From positions 351,876 to 415,875 of the forward strand of contig CAWKPB010000007.1 of the NCBI GenBank assembly GCA_963851405.1: a DNA stretch of 64,000 nt, read 5' to 3'. This DNA comes from an uncultured Actinomycetota bacterium. Its GTDB lineage: Bacteria > Actinomycetota > Actinomycetes > DATJPE01. A program made the translations under genes and the position numbers. Position 1 is the stretch's first letter, and each line of letters starts with the position of its first letter. The notes beneath the pieces are model-generated. The model was not told where the DNA came from. It was given only the letters and a program-made list of their open reading frames with translations, and ran no database searches. Shown in pieces: positions 1-10,343 of the stretch.

Positions 1-1349
1 GCCTCGAGGCGGGGGACGAAACCGGGATCGACGTCTCCGTCACAGGGCGCGTCATGTTTGTCCGCAACTCCGGGAAGCTGTGCTTCGCCACGTTGCGCGC
101 CGGAGATGGCACCGAACTGCAGGTGATGCTGTCCCTGGATCGGGTGGGCGAGGAGTCGCTGGTCGACTGGAAGGCGGACGTCGACCTGGGTGACCACGTG
201 GGCGTGACGGGCGAGGTCATCTCGTCTCGCCGGGGGGAGTTGTCGGTGCTGGCCGCCACGTGGGCCATGACGGCGAAGGCGCTGCGTCCACTGCCCGTGG
301 CGCACAAGGCGCTGTCCGAGGAGACCCGCGTTCGCCAGCGGTACGTCGACCTGATCATGCGACCTGAGGCTCGAGACATGGCGCTGCTTCGTCCGGCCGT
401 GGTGCGCTCGTTGCGCGACAGCCTGGCCAGCCGTGGCTTCGTCGAGGTCGAGACGCCGATGCTTCAGACGCTGCAAGGCGGTGCCACCGCGAGACCGTTC
501 GTCACCCACGCCAATGCTTTTGATCTGGACGTCTATCTGCGGATCGCGCCGGAGCTCTTTCTCAAGCGCTGCGTCGTCGGGGGTATCGAAAAGGTCTTCG
601 AGATTAATCGGAACTTCCGCAACGAGGGCGCGGACTCCACGCACAGCCCGGAGTTCGCCATGCTCGAGTTCTATACCGCATATCAGGACTACGAGGACGT
701 CGCGGCCCTCACGCAGGCCTTGATCCAGGAGGCTGCCGTCGCGACCACCGGCTCGACGACGGTCACGCATGTCGATGGCTCGGTGGTCGAGCTCGGCGCC
801 GACTGGCCGCGGGTCTCGATGCTTGTGTCCCTGTCCGAGGCTCTGGGCGAGTCGGTCACGCCGGACACCCCGATCGAGCGACTACGCGAGCTCGCGGACT
901 CCGTCGAGCTCGGGTACGACCCCGCGGCCATCCACGGCAAGCTCATCGAGGAGTTGTTCGAGCACCACGTCGTGCCCACGTTCGCAGGCCCCACCTTCGT
1001 CATCGATTTCCCGGTCGATACCTCCCCGCTGGTCCGCCAGCATCGAAGCCAGGCCGGGGTTGTGGAGAAGTGGGATCTCTACGTCGCGGGTTTCGAGCTG
1101 GGAACGGGGTACTCCGAGCTGGTTGATCCGGTCGTCCAGCGCCAGCGTTTCGAAGAGCAAGCCCTGCTGGCGGCGGCGGGCGACGCCGAGGCGATGCCCG
1201 TGGACGAGGACTTCCTTCGGGCGATGGAGTACGGCATGCCGCCCATGGGTGGCGTCGGATTCGGGATCGACCGTCTGCTCAAGGCGCTCACCGGGGTCAC
1301 CAGCATCCGCGAGACGATCCTGTTTCCGCTCGTCAAGCCCGAAAGCTGA
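1..1349 (+). CDS. lysS: lysine--tRNA ligase (class II), 5'-truncated by window edge
   Basis: ORF 54..1349 stays open in frame back to base 3 ([25 protein letters not shown]...). Class II aaRS signatures are present: FRNEG and [15 protein letters not shown]. Confidence 0.9.
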   Translation, partial: LEAGDETGIDVSVTGRVMFVRNSGKLCFATLRAGDGTELQVMLSLDRVGEESLVDWKADVDLGDHVGVTGEVISSRRGELSVLAATWAMTAKALRPLPVAHKALSEETRVRQRYVDLIMRPEARDMALLRPAVVRSLRDSLASRGFVEVETPMLQTLQGGATARPFVTHANAFDLDVYLRIAPELFLKRCVVGGIEKVFEINRNFRNEGADSTHSPEFAMLEFYTAYQDYEDVAALTQALIQEAAVATTGSTTVTHVDGSVVELGADWPRVSMLVSLSEALGESVTPDTPIERLRELADSVELGYDPAAIHGKLIEELFEHHVVPTFAGPTFVIDFPVDTSPLVRQHRSQAGVVEKWDLYVAGFELGTGYSELVDPVVQRQRFEEQALLAAAGDAEAMPVDEDFLRAMEYGMPPMGGVGFGIDRLLKALTGVTSIRETILFPLVKPES

Positions 1350-1879
1350 TGACGAGGACAGCGCGGGCCGAACCGGGGCCCCAGGTGACGGTCCGCCCTG
1401 CCCGCACGCGTGACGTACGGGTGATCAGGACCCTGGTCGACCAGCACCTCGTGGACCGCAAGTTGCTGGGCAAGGCGACCGTGACTCTGTTCGAGGACGT
1501 CCAGGAGTTCGTGGTCGCCGAGTGCGCCGGCGCGGTCGTGGGCTGTGGGGCCCTGCACGTGCTGTGGGAGGACCTCGGCGAGGTCAGGACGCTCGCGGTG
1601 GACGAGGGCTTTGCGCGCCAAGGGATCGGTTCGGTGGTGTTGGGTGAGTTGCTGCGCCGGGCCAGCGATCTAGGGGTGACCCGGGTGTTCTGCCTGACCT
1701 TCGAGACCGAGTTCTTCACCCGCTTCGGTTTCAAGGAGTTACACGGGGAGCCCGTCACCCACCAGGTCTACGAAGAGCTCCTGCAGTCTTACGACGAGGG
1801 TGTGGCCGAATTCCTCGACCTGGACCGGGTCAAGCCGAATACTCTCGGTAATACCAGAATGATTCTGCATTTACGGTGA
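1349..1879 (+). CDS. GNAT-family N-acetyltransferase (amino-acid N-acetyltransferase-like)
   Basis: ATGA overlap with the lysS stop. GNAT acetyl-CoA motif RQGIGSVVLGELLRRA. 176 aa. Confidence 0.75.
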   Translation: MTRTARAEPGPQVTVRPARTRDVRVIRTLVDQHLVDRKLLGKATVTLFEDVQEFVVAECAGAVVGCGALHVLWEDLGEVRTLAVDEGFARQGIGSVVLGELLRRASDLGVTRVFCLTFETEFFTRFGFKELHGEPVTHQVYEELLQSYDEGVAEFLDLDRVKPNTLGNTRMILHLR

Positions 1880-1954
1880 GTATGTCCGAACATTTGCGCG
1901 ACTAACGTCCGAGCATTAGGCTGGATCAATTGTTGCCGACCCTGGAGGAAATTC

Positions 1955-2272
1955 ATGGCGCAGAAGGTCCAGATCATTCTCGTCGACGATGTCGACGGTG
2001 GGTCGGCGGACGAGACGGTGAGTTTTGCCCTCGACGGAACCGGGTACGAGATTGACCTCTCGCACAAGAATGCCGCGCAGCTGCGCGACGCGTTGGCGCC
2101 GTGGGTTGGCTCGGCGCGCAAGGCGAGTACGTCGCGACGTGGGCGCGGGCGCGGTCGGCAGGCAGGCGACGCGGGTGAGATCCGCGCGTGGGCCAAGAGC
2201 CAGGGCATCAAGGTCAGCGAGCGCGGGCGGGTCAGCGCAGAGGTCCGCGCTCAGTACGAGGCTGCACACTGA
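1955..2272 (+). CDS. lsr2: nucleoid-associated protein Lsr2
   Basis: 105 aa. N-terminal MAQKVQIILVDDVDG, an RGRGRG linker, and a C-terminal IRAWAKSQGIKVSERGRV DNA-binding segment. GGAGGA RBS at 1944-1949. Confidence 0.9.
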   Translation: MAQKVQIILVDDVDGGSADETVSFALDGTGYEIDLSHKNAAQLRDALAPWVGSARKASTSRRGRGRGRQAGDAGEIRAWAKSQGIKVSERGRVSAEVRAQYEAAH

Positions 2273-2304
2273 CCGTCGACCGAACCGGTCCGAAGTCGCG
2301 GGCC

Positions 2305-2682
2305 GTGGTGTCGGTCCGCTGGGCTGACATGGACGCGTACGGACACGTGAACAACGCGGTCTTTTTGAACTATCTCGAGGAAGCTCGCGACCAATTGCTC
2401 ACCGGGCTTCTCGGCGATGCCGCGGACGACATCGTCATCGCGCACGTCTCCATCGACTATCGCCGGGAGATCACCCTCGAACACCAGCAGGTCACGGTCG
2501 AGTCCACAGTGACCGGATGGGGCACGTCGAGCATCCGAACCTCCGAACTCATCACTCTCCCCGACGGATCGATCTCGGCCGAGGGCAACACGGTCATGGT
2601 GGCTCGCGACAAGGCGACCGGCCGCAGCCGTCCCCTCACGCCCGCTGAACTCGACCGCCTGTCTCCTCCCGCGCCTGGGTAA
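2305..2682 (+). CDS. acyl-CoA thioesterase, 4HBT/hotdog fold
   Basis: VRWADMDAYGHVNNAVFLNYLEEAR is a YbgC/4HBT-type signature. The ORF opens inside lsr2, so the start is uncertain (GTG 2305 or 2308). Confidence 0.65.
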   Translation: MVSVRWADMDAYGHVNNAVFLNYLEEARDQLLTGLLGDAADDIVIAHVSIDYRREITLEHQQVTVESTVTGWGTSSIRTSELITLPDGSISAEGNTVMVARDKATGRSRPLTPAELDRLSPPAPG

Positions 2683-2727
2683 CCGACCGCGTCGGCGGGT
2701 TCAGCACGAGGAATGGCAGACACGGCA

Positions 2728-3375
2728 TTACCCCGTGGCGAGGAGTTCGGGCTGCCAGTCGGCGCGGGGCTGGGCGTGCAAGGCCCAGAAGTGCTCGGCC
2801 AGCGCTTCCGGCTCGTACCCGGGGGCGGAGCCGAGGGAGCCTTGGATGGTGATCGTGGCGGCGTGGATGCCGTGGGGGCCGACCTCCTTGGCCAGCGCCA
2901 GCACGTAGTTGCGCATGGCCGCCTTCTGCATCCCCAGGCCCACGCCGGTCAGCGAGGGGTTGGTCGCGGCGACGCTGCCAGTGAACAGCAACGTGCCTCG
3001 ACCTGCGGCCCGCATGGCGGGGAGGACCGCTTGGCTGGAGGCCACTGCGCCCAACGCGCCCAGCCGAAGCCCGGCGGCCAGCGCGTTCGGCGTGACCTCG
3101 GATGGGAGCCCGTCCACCCAAGCCGAGGGGTTGAAGACCATGACGGCCGGATCGCCGACCGATTCTCGAATGTGGGCGAAGGCGGCTTTCAGCGAGGCCT
3201 CGTCTGACGCGTCCGCGCCGATGACCACGGAGTCCAGATCCGGGGTCTCGAGGGTCCCGCCCTCGCGGACGACGAACACCGGCAGGTAGCCCTCGGCGGC
3301 GAATCGCCGGCCGATCGCCAGGCCCATTCCGGGCCCAGCGCCTACCACGACCACCGCATCAACGAGCTCAGCCAT
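2728..3375 (-). CDS. SDR-family oxidoreductase
   Basis: Internal ATG at 3375 gives MAELVDAVVVVGAGPGMGLA (Rossmann GxGxxG). Overall SDR-like layout. Confidence 0.75.
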   Translation of the reverse strand: MAELVDAVVVVGAGPGMGLAIGRRFAAEGYLPVFVVREGGTLETPDLDSVVIGADASDEASLKAAFAHIRESVGDPAVMVFNPSAWVDGLPSEVTPNALAAGLRLGALGAVASSQAVLPAMRAAGRGTLLFTGSVAATNPSLTGVGLGMQKAAMRNYVLALAKEVGPHGIHAATITIQGSLGSAPGYEPEALAEHFWALHAQPRADWQPELLATG

Positions 3376-3586
3376 GGCCCAACCGTACGATGCTTCGCGA
3401 CCGCTCCGTCGGGCTCTGTTCGCCCTTGGCGTACCCAACCGGGAAGCCAACACGCCCATTTGCTGTTGCAAACAGGTGACACCCGACCGGAGGAGACGGC
3501 TTCTCGGCGGTGGTCACGGCTAGCATGAGATGGACCCGCCTCCGGTCCCCGGGGGACGGGCACCGCCCGTGCGAGGAGCGCTGAAC

Positions 3587-6088
3587 ATGTTCGAGAGATT
3601 TACCGACCGCGCGCGGCGGGTGGTCGTCCTGGCCCAAGAAGAGGCCCGGATGCTCAACCACAACTACATCGGCACCGAGCACATCCTGCTCGGGCTGATC
3701 CACGAGGGTGAAGGTGTCGCCGCCAAGGCGCTCGAGTCGCTGGGCATTTCCTTGGAAGCCGTGCGCCAGCAGGTCGAGGAAATCATTGGTCAGGGCCAGC
3801 AGGCCCCGAGTGGCCACATCCCGTTCACGCCGCGGGCCAAGAAGGTGCTCGAGCTCTCGCTTCGTGAGGCCCTTCAACTCGGTCACAACTACATCGGCAC
3901 CGAGCACATCCTGCTGGGGCTGATCCGTGAGGGTGAGGGCGTCGCTGCCCAGGTGCTGGTCAAGCTCGGCGCCGACCTCAACCGGGTCCGCCAGCAGGTC
4001 ATCCAGCTGCTCTCCGGCTACCAGGGCAAGGAGCCGGCGGCCGCCGGCGGCCCGGCCGCTGAGGCCCCCTCGACCTCGCTCGTGCTCGACCAGTTCGGCC
4101 GCAACCTCACCCAGGCGGCGAGGGAGGGCAAACTCGATCCGGTCATCGGCCGCGAGAAAGAGATCGAGCGCGTCATGCAGGTCCTGTCCCGCCGCACCAA
4201 GAACAACCCGGTGCTCATCGGAGAGCCGGGCGTGGGCAAGACGGCTGTCGTCGAGGGTCTTTCGCAGGCGATCGTCAAGGGCGAGGTGCCCGAGACCCTC
4301 AAGGACAAGCAGCTGTACACCCTCGACCTCGGCGCGCTCGTAGCCGGCAGTCGCTATCGCGGTGATTTCGAGGAGCGGCTGAAGAAGGTGCTCAAGGAGA
4401 TCCGCACCCGAGGCGACATCATCTTGTTCATCGACGAGTTGCACACGTTGGTCGGCGCCGGTGCGGCCGAGGGCGCCATCGACGCAGCCAGCATCCTCAA
4501 GCCGATGCTGGCCCGAGGTGAGCTGCAGACGATCGGCGCGACCACGCTCGACGAATACCGCAAGCACCTGGAGAAGGACGCGGCGCTGGAGCGCCGGTTC
4601 CAGCCGATTCAGGTGGCCGAGCCGACCCTCGCCCACACGATCGAGATCCTCAAGGGCCTGCGCGACCGGTACGAGGCCCACCACCGGGTGTCCATCACCG
4701 ACGCAGCCCTCGTCGCCGCGGCGACCATGGCCGACCGCTACATCAGCGATCGGTTCCTGCCTGACAAGGCGATCGACCTGATCGACGAGGCCGGATCGCG
4801 GCTGCGCATCCGTCGGATGACGGCGCCCCCCGATCTTCGTGAGTTTGACGAGCGCATCGCCTCCGTCCGCCGCGAGAAGGAATCAGCCATCGACGGCCAG
4901 GACTTCGAGAAGGCGGCCGCGCTGCGCGACAAGGAGAAGACCCTCCTCGCTGAGAAGGCCACTCGCGAGCGCGAGTGGAAGGCGGGTGACATGGACGTGG
5001 TCGCCGAGGTCGACGAGGAGTTGATCGCCGAGGTGCTGGCTGCATCCACAGGGATCCCGGTGTTCAAGCTCACCGAGGAGGAGTCGGCCCGACTGCTCCA
5101 CATGGAAGACGAGCTACACAAGCGGGTCATCGGCCAAGAGCAGGCGATCAAGGCGCTGTCCCAGGCCATCCGCCGTACTCGCGCCGGCCTGAAGGACCCC
5201 AAGCGTCCGGGTGGGTCGTTCATCTTCGCCGGCCCCTCCGGCGTCGGGAAGACGGAGCTGTCCCGGACGCTGGCCGAATTCCTGTTCGGCGACGAGGACT
5301 CGCTCATCCAGCTCGACATGAGCGAGTTCTCCGAGAAGCACACCGTGTCCCGCCTGTTCGGCTCCCCTCCCGGCTACGTCGGGTACGAAGAGGGCGGGCA
5401 GCTCACCGAGAAGGTGCGCCGCAAGCCGTTCTCGGTGGTGCTCTTCGACGAGGTCGAGAAGGCGCACCCCGACATCTTCAACAGCTTGCTGCAGATCCTC
5501 GAGGACGGTCGGCTGACGGATAGCCAAGGACGCGTGGTCGACTTCAAGAACACCGTGATCATCATGACCACCAACCTCGGCACCCGTGACATCTCCAAGG
5601 GCTTCAACCTCGGCTTTGCCGCGACCGGCGACACCGAGGGCAGCTACCAGCGGATGAAGGCCAAGGTCCAGGACGAGCTCAAGCAGCACTTCCGTCCCGA
5701 GTTCCTCAACCGGGTCGATGACGTCATCGTGTTCCCGGCGCTCAGCCAGGAAGAGATCGTGACCATCGTCGACTTGATGCTCGCCAAGCTCGACGAGCGG
5801 CTGCGCGACAAGGACATGGGTATCGAGCTGACCACCAACGCCAAACAGCTCCTCGCCGAGAAGGGGTACGACCCGGTGCTTGGGGCGCGGCCCCTTCGGC
5901 GGACCATCCAGCGCGAGATCGAGGACGTGCTCTCGGAGAAGATCTTGTTCTCCGAGTTCAACCCCGGTCACGTGATTCTGGTCGACGTCGAAGGCGAGGA
6001 CGACACCCGGACATTCACCTTCCGCCAGGAGGAGAAGTCACCGGTTCCTGACGCACCTCCGGTCGAGACCGCCGGATCGCCCGAATAG
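3587..6088 (+). CDS. clpC: ATP-dependent Clp protease ATP-binding subunit ClpC
   Basis: [21 protein letters not shown]. Duplicated Clp_N repeat ([13 protein letters not shown] twice). Two Walker A sites ([16 protein letters not shown]). Start ATG 3587. Confidence 0.95.
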   Translation: MFERFTDRARRVVVLAQEEARMLNHNYIGTEHILLGLIHEGEGVAAKALESLGISLEAVRQQVEEIIGQGQQAPSGHIPFTPRAKKVLELSLREALQLGHNYIGTEHILLGLIREGEGVAAQVLVKLGADLNRVRQQVIQLLSGYQGKEPAAAGGPAAEAPSTSLVLDQFGRNLTQAAREGKLDPVIGREKEIERVMQVLSRRTKNNPVLIGEPGVGKTAVVEGLSQAIVKGEVPETLKDKQLYTLDLGALVAGSRYRGDFEERLKKVLKEIRTRGDIILFIDELHTLVGAGAAEGAIDAASILKPMLARGELQTIGATTLDEYRKHLEKDAALERRFQPIQVAEPTLAHTIEILKGLRDRYEAHHRVSITDAALVAAATMADRYISDRFLPDKAIDLIDEAGSRLRIRRMTAPPDLREFDERIASVRREKESAIDGQDFEKAAALRDKEKTLLAEKATREREWKAGDMDVVAEVDEELIAEVLAASTGIPVFKLTEEESARLLHMEDELHKRVIGQEQAIKALSQAIRRTRAGLKDPKRPGGSFIFAGPSGVGKTELSRTLAEFLFGDEDSLIQLDMSEFSEKHTVSRLFGSPPGYVGYEEGGQLTEKVRRKPFSVVLFDEVEKAHPDIFNSLLQILEDGRLTDSQGRVVDFKNTVIIMTTNLGTRDISKGFNLGFAATGDTEGSYQRMKAKVQDELKQHFRPEFLNRVDDVIVFPALSQEEIVTIVDLMLAKLDERLRDKDMGIELTTNAKQLLAEKGYDPVLGARPLRRTIQREIEDVLSEKILFSEFNPGHVILVDVEGEDDTRTFTFRQEEKSPVPDAPPVETAGSPE

Positions 6089-6105
6089 TCCCTCAACCGC
6101 CGCTC

Positions 6106-7038
6106 TCAGGGGAGTTGTGACGCACGGCCGGGGAGTTGGTAGGCGGCCGTTCCCAGGGGTTCGACCAGTCCGTCGCTGATCAGCCCGGCCAGCGCACGTT
6201 CGCGTTGGACCGCCGTTGGCCAGGCCGCCTCGAGATCCGACGCCGGTACGGCTCCCGGCGCGTCGCGCAACACTCCCAACAGCCGCCCGCGCGCCTGTCG
6301 GTCCGTTCCCTCGTAGCTTTGGCCGCGCCGGGCTGGTCCGTCCCAGGCGGGGGAGCCCGCCGCGAGCCACGCACAGGTCGAGCGCACGGGGCACGCCGAG
6401 CAGCCGGGCGCCCGAGCCGTGCAGATCACCGCCCCGAGCTCCATCACCGCGGCGTTCCACCGGGCGGCCCGTGCGGGTTCTGCGGGGAGGACGGACTCGG
6501 CCTGTTGCCTTTCGGGCGAGGAAGGCGCACCGGGAGGCTCGTACTCGGCGCCGGCGACGAACCGAGCGAGCACCCGTCGGATGTTCGTGTCCAGGACCAC
6601 CTGCCGCTGACCGAACGCAAAGGCGGCCACCGCGGCCGCCGTGTAGTCACCGACTCCAGGTAGCGACCGCAGGGCGTCGTAGGTCTCCGGGACCGAGCCA
6701 CCGAAGCGGTCGACGCAGGCCTGAGCTGAGGCATGCAGGCGCAGCGCACGGCGCGGATATCCGAGCCGCCCCCACGCGGAGATGGCCTCACCCGGTGGTT
6801 CGGCAGCCAGGTGCGCTGGCTCGGGCCAACGTTCCAACCAGGTACGCCACACTGGCAGCACCCGAGAAACCGGGGTCTGCTGGAGCATCACCTCGGACAC
6901 CAGAATGCCCCAGGCGCTGCAGGACGGGTCACGCCAAGGCAGTGGTCGGTGACCGGCGTCGTACCAGTCGAGCAGTACCTGCTGCTCGACGGACCTCAAC
7001 TCGGCCACGGCGTCCCTCGTCCGGTCGATCCCGCTCAT
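6106..7038 (-). CDS. mutY: A/G-specific adenine DNA glycosylase
   Basis: LQQTPV motif, HhH-GPD motif LPGVGDYTAAAV, and Fe-S Cys ladder CTARAPGCSACPVRSTC. The start could instead be 7080. Confidence 0.85.
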   Translation of the reverse strand: MSGIDRTRDAVAELRSVEQQVLLDWYDAGHRPLPWRDPSCSAWGILVSEVMLQQTPVSRVLPVWRTWLERWPEPAHLAAEPPGEAISAWGRLGYPRRALRLHASAQACVDRFGGSVPETYDALRSLPGVGDYTAAAVAAFAFGQRQVVLDTNIRRVLARFVAGAEYEPPGAPSSPERQQAESVLPAEPARAARWNAAVMELGAVICTARAPGCSACPVRSTCAWLAAGSPAWDGPARRGQSYEGTDRQARGRLLGVLRDAPGAVPASDLEAAWPTAVQRERALAGLISDGLVEPLGTAAYQLPGRASQLP

Positions 7039-7078
7039 GTCAGGGCTTGAGTCTCCTAGGGTGGCTGCCGTGAGTTTC

Positions 7079-7741
7079 ATGCGACCCGTCGGTCCGCTCC
7101 CCGCGCGCGTCTATTGGGTGCGACGGGCGATCATCGCCGCGCTGGCTCTTCTCGTGCTGCTCGCCGCGTCCTGGGTCTGGGGAGCTGCCTCGGGAGACGA
7201 CCCCGAGGAGGTCGCGCTTCCGGTGACCTCCAGTCCCGCGGCCAGTCCGTCTGATTCCGCGTCACCGGCGGGTTCCTCGTCACCGTCCGCTTCCAACTCG
7301 CCTTCCCCTACGGCCTCCGCGTCACCGTCCCCGACGGCGTCCAAGAGCGAAGCGAAGGTCTGTGCGGATTCGGTCATCGCCGTGACGGCCAAGTCGGATC
7401 GGACGACGTACGCGTCCGGGCAGAACCCCAAGTTCACACTCACGATCACCAACACCTCGAAGAAGACGTGCACCAGAGACGTGGGTCAGAAGGCCAATGA
7501 GCTGTTCGTGAAGCAGGGGGACACGCTGATCTGGTCCTCCGACCACTGCGCCCCGGGAGGGTCGGCGAAGGTCGTGTCCCTGCCGGCCGGCCAGTCCTAC
7601 GTCACGGGCGTTGCGTGGTCGCGTACCGAGTCTTCGAAGGGGTGTCCCAAAAACCCCGACGATGCGCCGCCAGGCACGTACGCGCTGACCGGTCGCAACC
7701 TCACGGTCGTCAGCAAGCCCCAGGCCTTCGCGCTGGCCTAG
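7079..7741 (+). CDS. membrane-anchored Ser/Pro-rich protein with Cys-containing C-terminal domain (Rv3587c-position homologue)
   Basis: TM helix AIIAALALLVLLAASWVW, an SP-rich linker (SPAASPSDSASPAGSSSPSASNSPSPTASASPSPTAS), then about 130 aa with 4 Cys. Only 29 nt upstream of cheB. Confidence 0.55.
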   Translation: MRPVGPLPARVYWVRRAIIAALALLVLLAASWVWGAASGDDPEEVALPVTSSPAASPSDSASPAGSSSPSASNSPSPTASASPSPTASKSEAKVCADSVIAVTAKSDRTTYASGQNPKFTLTITNTSKKTCTRDVGQKANELFVKQGDTLIWSSDHCAPGGSAKVVSLPAGQSYVTGVAWSRTESSKGCPKNPDDAPPGTYALTGRNLTVVSKPQAFALA

Positions 7742-7770
7742 CGGTCTCAAGTAGTTGCCCCAGACCCCCG

Positions 7771-8910
7771 ATGGGGTACAGGGGAGGGCCGTCCGTGTCG
7801 CCCCTCGGCGGAGGTGTGGTGACGGCCATCGAAGTACCTCCACCTACCCCCGTTCGCCCAGTGAGCATCTTCATCGTGGCCGGGACCTTGGCTCGCGTCC
7901 GGCAGCTCGAACAGCGGGTGACGGGTCATGACTTCGCCCTCGTCGGATCCGCCCGTACCGCCGAGCAGGCCGAAGTGCTGGTCACCCGCGTACGCCCATC
8001 CGCCGTGCTCGTCGATTTGGAGTTGTTCGGTGGTGGGCTGGAGGCCATCGAGCGGATCATGGCCGCAGCACCCACGCCGATTATCGTGTCCGGCGCAGCA
8101 GCCGAACACCCTGAGGCGGCCATCGCTGCCGGAGCCGTCGACGTCGTGGGCGCGTTGGACGTTCCCGAGGACTCACCGCAGTACGCGGAGTTCCTTCGGC
8201 GCCACCTCCGTCTGGCCAGCCGGGTGAAGGTCATTACTCATCCGCGGGCCAAGCTTCGGGCCCGCCGAGTGGCCGAGGGTTCCAGCAGACCCGGCGGTGC
8301 CCTTCCTCCCGTCGTGGTGTTCGGCGCCTCGACCGGTGGACCACCGGCTCTCGCGACGATTCTTGGAGAGCTCCCGGCCGAGTTCGAGGCCGCGGTTCTT
8401 GTCGTCCAGCACATGGCTGAGGGATTCGTCGAGGGGCTCGCGCGCTGGCTGGACGGTGTCTGCCTCATGCGGGTTGTTGTGGCGGCGGACGGTGAGCGAC
8501 TCCTCCCCGGAACGGTGTACCTGGCGCCCGCCGGCCTCAACTTGTCGGTGCGATCCGGTCATCGGGTGGAGTTGCTGGAGCCGCCGGTCGGCCAGTACCA
8601 CGTCCCCGGCATCGACCAGACGTTCGCGAGCGTCGCGCACCAGTGCGAGGAGCGAAGCGTCGGAGTGCTCCTGACCGGAATGGGCCGCGATGGTGCACAT
8701 GGCCTGAAGTCCATGCGCGACGCAGGGGCCGTCACGATCGGGCAGGACGAGGCGAGCAGCGTGGTGTGGGGGATGCCTGCCGCAGCTCAGCTCCTCGACG
8801 CGGTCGATTTCGAATTGGGGCTGCCCGAGATCGCGAAGGCGGTGGTCGATGCCGTCCGCAGGCTCGTGCCCGCCAGCACCAGCGTCCCGGTCGAGGTGGA
8901 CGTCTCATGA
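7771..8910 (+). CDS. cheB: CheB-type protein-glutamate methylesterase/deamidase with degenerate receiver domain
   Basis: Catalytic Ser/His/Asp contexts are present: GASTGGPPAL, VVQHMAEGF, LTGMGRDGA. The N-terminal REC-like domain lacks the acidic pair and the Lys. The start could be ATG 7771 or GTG 7861. Confidence 0.8.
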   Translation: MGYRGGPSVSPLGGGVVTAIEVPPPTPVRPVSIFIVAGTLARVRQLEQRVTGHDFALVGSARTAEQAEVLVTRVRPSAVLVDLELFGGGLEAIERIMAAAPTPIIVSGAAAEHPEAAIAAGAVDVVGALDVPEDSPQYAEFLRRHLRLASRVKVITHPRAKLRARRVAEGSSRPGGALPPVVVFGASTGGPPALATILGELPAEFEAAVLVVQHMAEGFVEGLARWLDGVCLMRVVVAADGERLLPGTVYLAPAGLNLSVRSGHRVELLEPPVGQYHVPGIDQTFASVAHQCEERSVGVLLTGMGRDGAHGLKSMRDAGAVTIGQDEASSVVWGMPAAAQLLDAVDFELGLPEIAKAVVDAVRRLVPASTSVPVEVDVS

Positions 8911-10343
8911 CAGCCCTCCTGACCGATGCCGACTACGCGTTGATCCGCAACTACCTCCGCGGTACGGCTGGCCTGGAGTTCGACGTCAGTCGACGAGTTT
9001 CCCTGGCTGGCGTCATGGCAGAACGGCTGCCCAAGTCCGGGCAGGCCGACATGGCCAGCTACGTGCGCTATATCGACCGACCGGATGGCGCCGCCGAACG
9101 TCAACTGCTGCTCGACGACGTGACCATTCAGGAGACCCACTTCCATCGCGCCCGACCGCAGATCGACGCGCTGCGGGACCATCTGTTGCCGGAGCTCCTG
9201 GCCGCCGCCGCTGAGTCCGGTCGCGGCCTCACCATCTGGAGCGCGGGATGCAGCACCGGCGAAGAGGTCTACACCCTGGCCATGTTGGCCCTGGAGGCTC
9301 GTGAGCGACTGACATCCGGGGCTCTACCGCCCATTCGTGTGGTGGGTACCGACGTCTCGTCGGCGGCGTTGGAGGTCGCGCGGGCCGCAAGATATGGCGG
9401 GCGCACGATCGACCTGGCTGAGCCAGGCGCCGTGGCGCGTTGGCTCCAGCCAGAGGCCGGGGGTGGCTTCGTCGTTCGCGATGAAGTGCGCAGGTTGGTC
9501 GAATTCGCCCACCACAACCTGGTCACCGAGCTGCCGCCGTTCCCCGACGGCGCCGTAAATCTCGTGGTCTGCCGCAACGTCACCATCTACTTCTCGCGGG
9601 CGACGACCAAGGCACTGGTCCAGCGCTTCAGAGCAGTGCTTGGGGCCGCAGGATGGCTGCTGCTTGGCCCCGCCGAGACCTTATGGCAGGTCTCCGACGC
9701 GTTCTCCTTGGTCGGTGTCGGCGACGCTTTTGCCTACCGCCCCGCCGTAGTCGCACCGTCGGTCTCACCTTCGGCGACGCCGAGTTCAGCGTTGTCCCCG
9801 CGCGTATCAAGGGGGACGGCGCATCCGGCGGGGCGTCCGTCACCGCGCCCTGTGCCACCCGTGGCCATCGGACCCAAGGCCCAGAGGTCGGGGGCAGGCA
9901 CCACTGCTGTGGTGAGGCCGGGCGAGGACCTGCTGTCCTCGGCTCGTACGGCCATGGACCTGACCAAATACGCCGAAGCCGCGGCCCTAGCGACGGCTGC
10001 GGCCCAGGAGGATCCGCTCCTGACCGAGGCCTATGTGGTCGCCGGTCACGCGTACGCAACGTTGGGTCGCGACGCCGAGGCCCTCGGCCCACTGGGTCGC
10101 GCCGTGTACCTGGACTCCCGCGCTGGCCACGCCTGGTTCCTCCTCGCTGGTTCGTTGGGTCGCACGGGTGATCGGGCCGCCGCCGCTCGTGCGTATCGGG
10201 CCGCGGCAGTAGCACTGCCGTCGGCGCCCCCGCAGGCCGTGCTCGGGCTCTTGGACGGCACGCCCGTGGAGCAGTTGGTGCAGTTGTGCCATCGACTTGC
10301 CGATGACCTGGAAGAGCTGGACACGATCAGGAGGGGCGCGTGA
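8907..10343 (+). CDS. cheR: CheR-type protein-glutamate O-methyltransferase with C-terminal TPR-like region
   Basis: ATGA overlap with cheB. SAM-binding motifs IWSAGCSTGEEVYTLAM and VCRNVTIYF. Pro/Ser linker followed by about three TPR-like repeats. Confidence 0.85.
   Translation: MTALLTDADYALIRNYLRGTAGLEFDVSRRVSLAGVMAERLPKSGQADMASYVRYIDRPDGAAERQLLLDDVTIQETHFHRARPQIDALRDHLLPELLAAAAESGRGLTIWSAGCSTGEEVYTLAMLALEARERLTSGALPPIRVVGTDVSSAALEVARAARYGGRTIDLAEPGAVARWLQPEAGGGFVVRDEVRRLVEFAHHNLVTELPPFPDGAVNLVVCRNVTIYFSRATTKALVQRFRAVLGAAGWLLLGPAETLWQVSDAFSLVGVGDAFAYRPAVVAPSVSPSATPSSALSPRVSRGTAHPAGRPSPRPVPPVAIGPKAQRSGAGTTAVVRPGEDLLSSARTAMDLTKYAEAAALATAAAQEDPLLTEAYVVAGHAYATLGRDAEALGPLGRAVYLDSRAGHAWFLLAGSLGRTGDRAAAARAYRAAAVALPSAPPQAVLGLLDGTPVEQLVQLCHRLADDLEELDTIRRGA

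Noticed and set aside
3376-3586. Possible ClgR-type operator or structured leader in the 210-nt clpC upstream region.
   Set aside because: Only weak partial matches are present (TTCGCGACCGCTCC, and the small hairpin CTGTT-GCA-AACAG). Neither is convincing without a matrix search.
3368-4684. 438-aa ORF antisense to clpC. Similar long antisense ORFs occur at 13181-14980, 19286-20752, 40127-42337, 46480-47793, 47303-48745, 55586-57085 and 28432-29319.
   Set aside because: Each lies opposite a gene with clear family motifs. Their translations are Arg/Gly/Pro/Asp-rich and low in complexity. This is the usual stop-codon-poor antisense frame of a 70 % GC genome.
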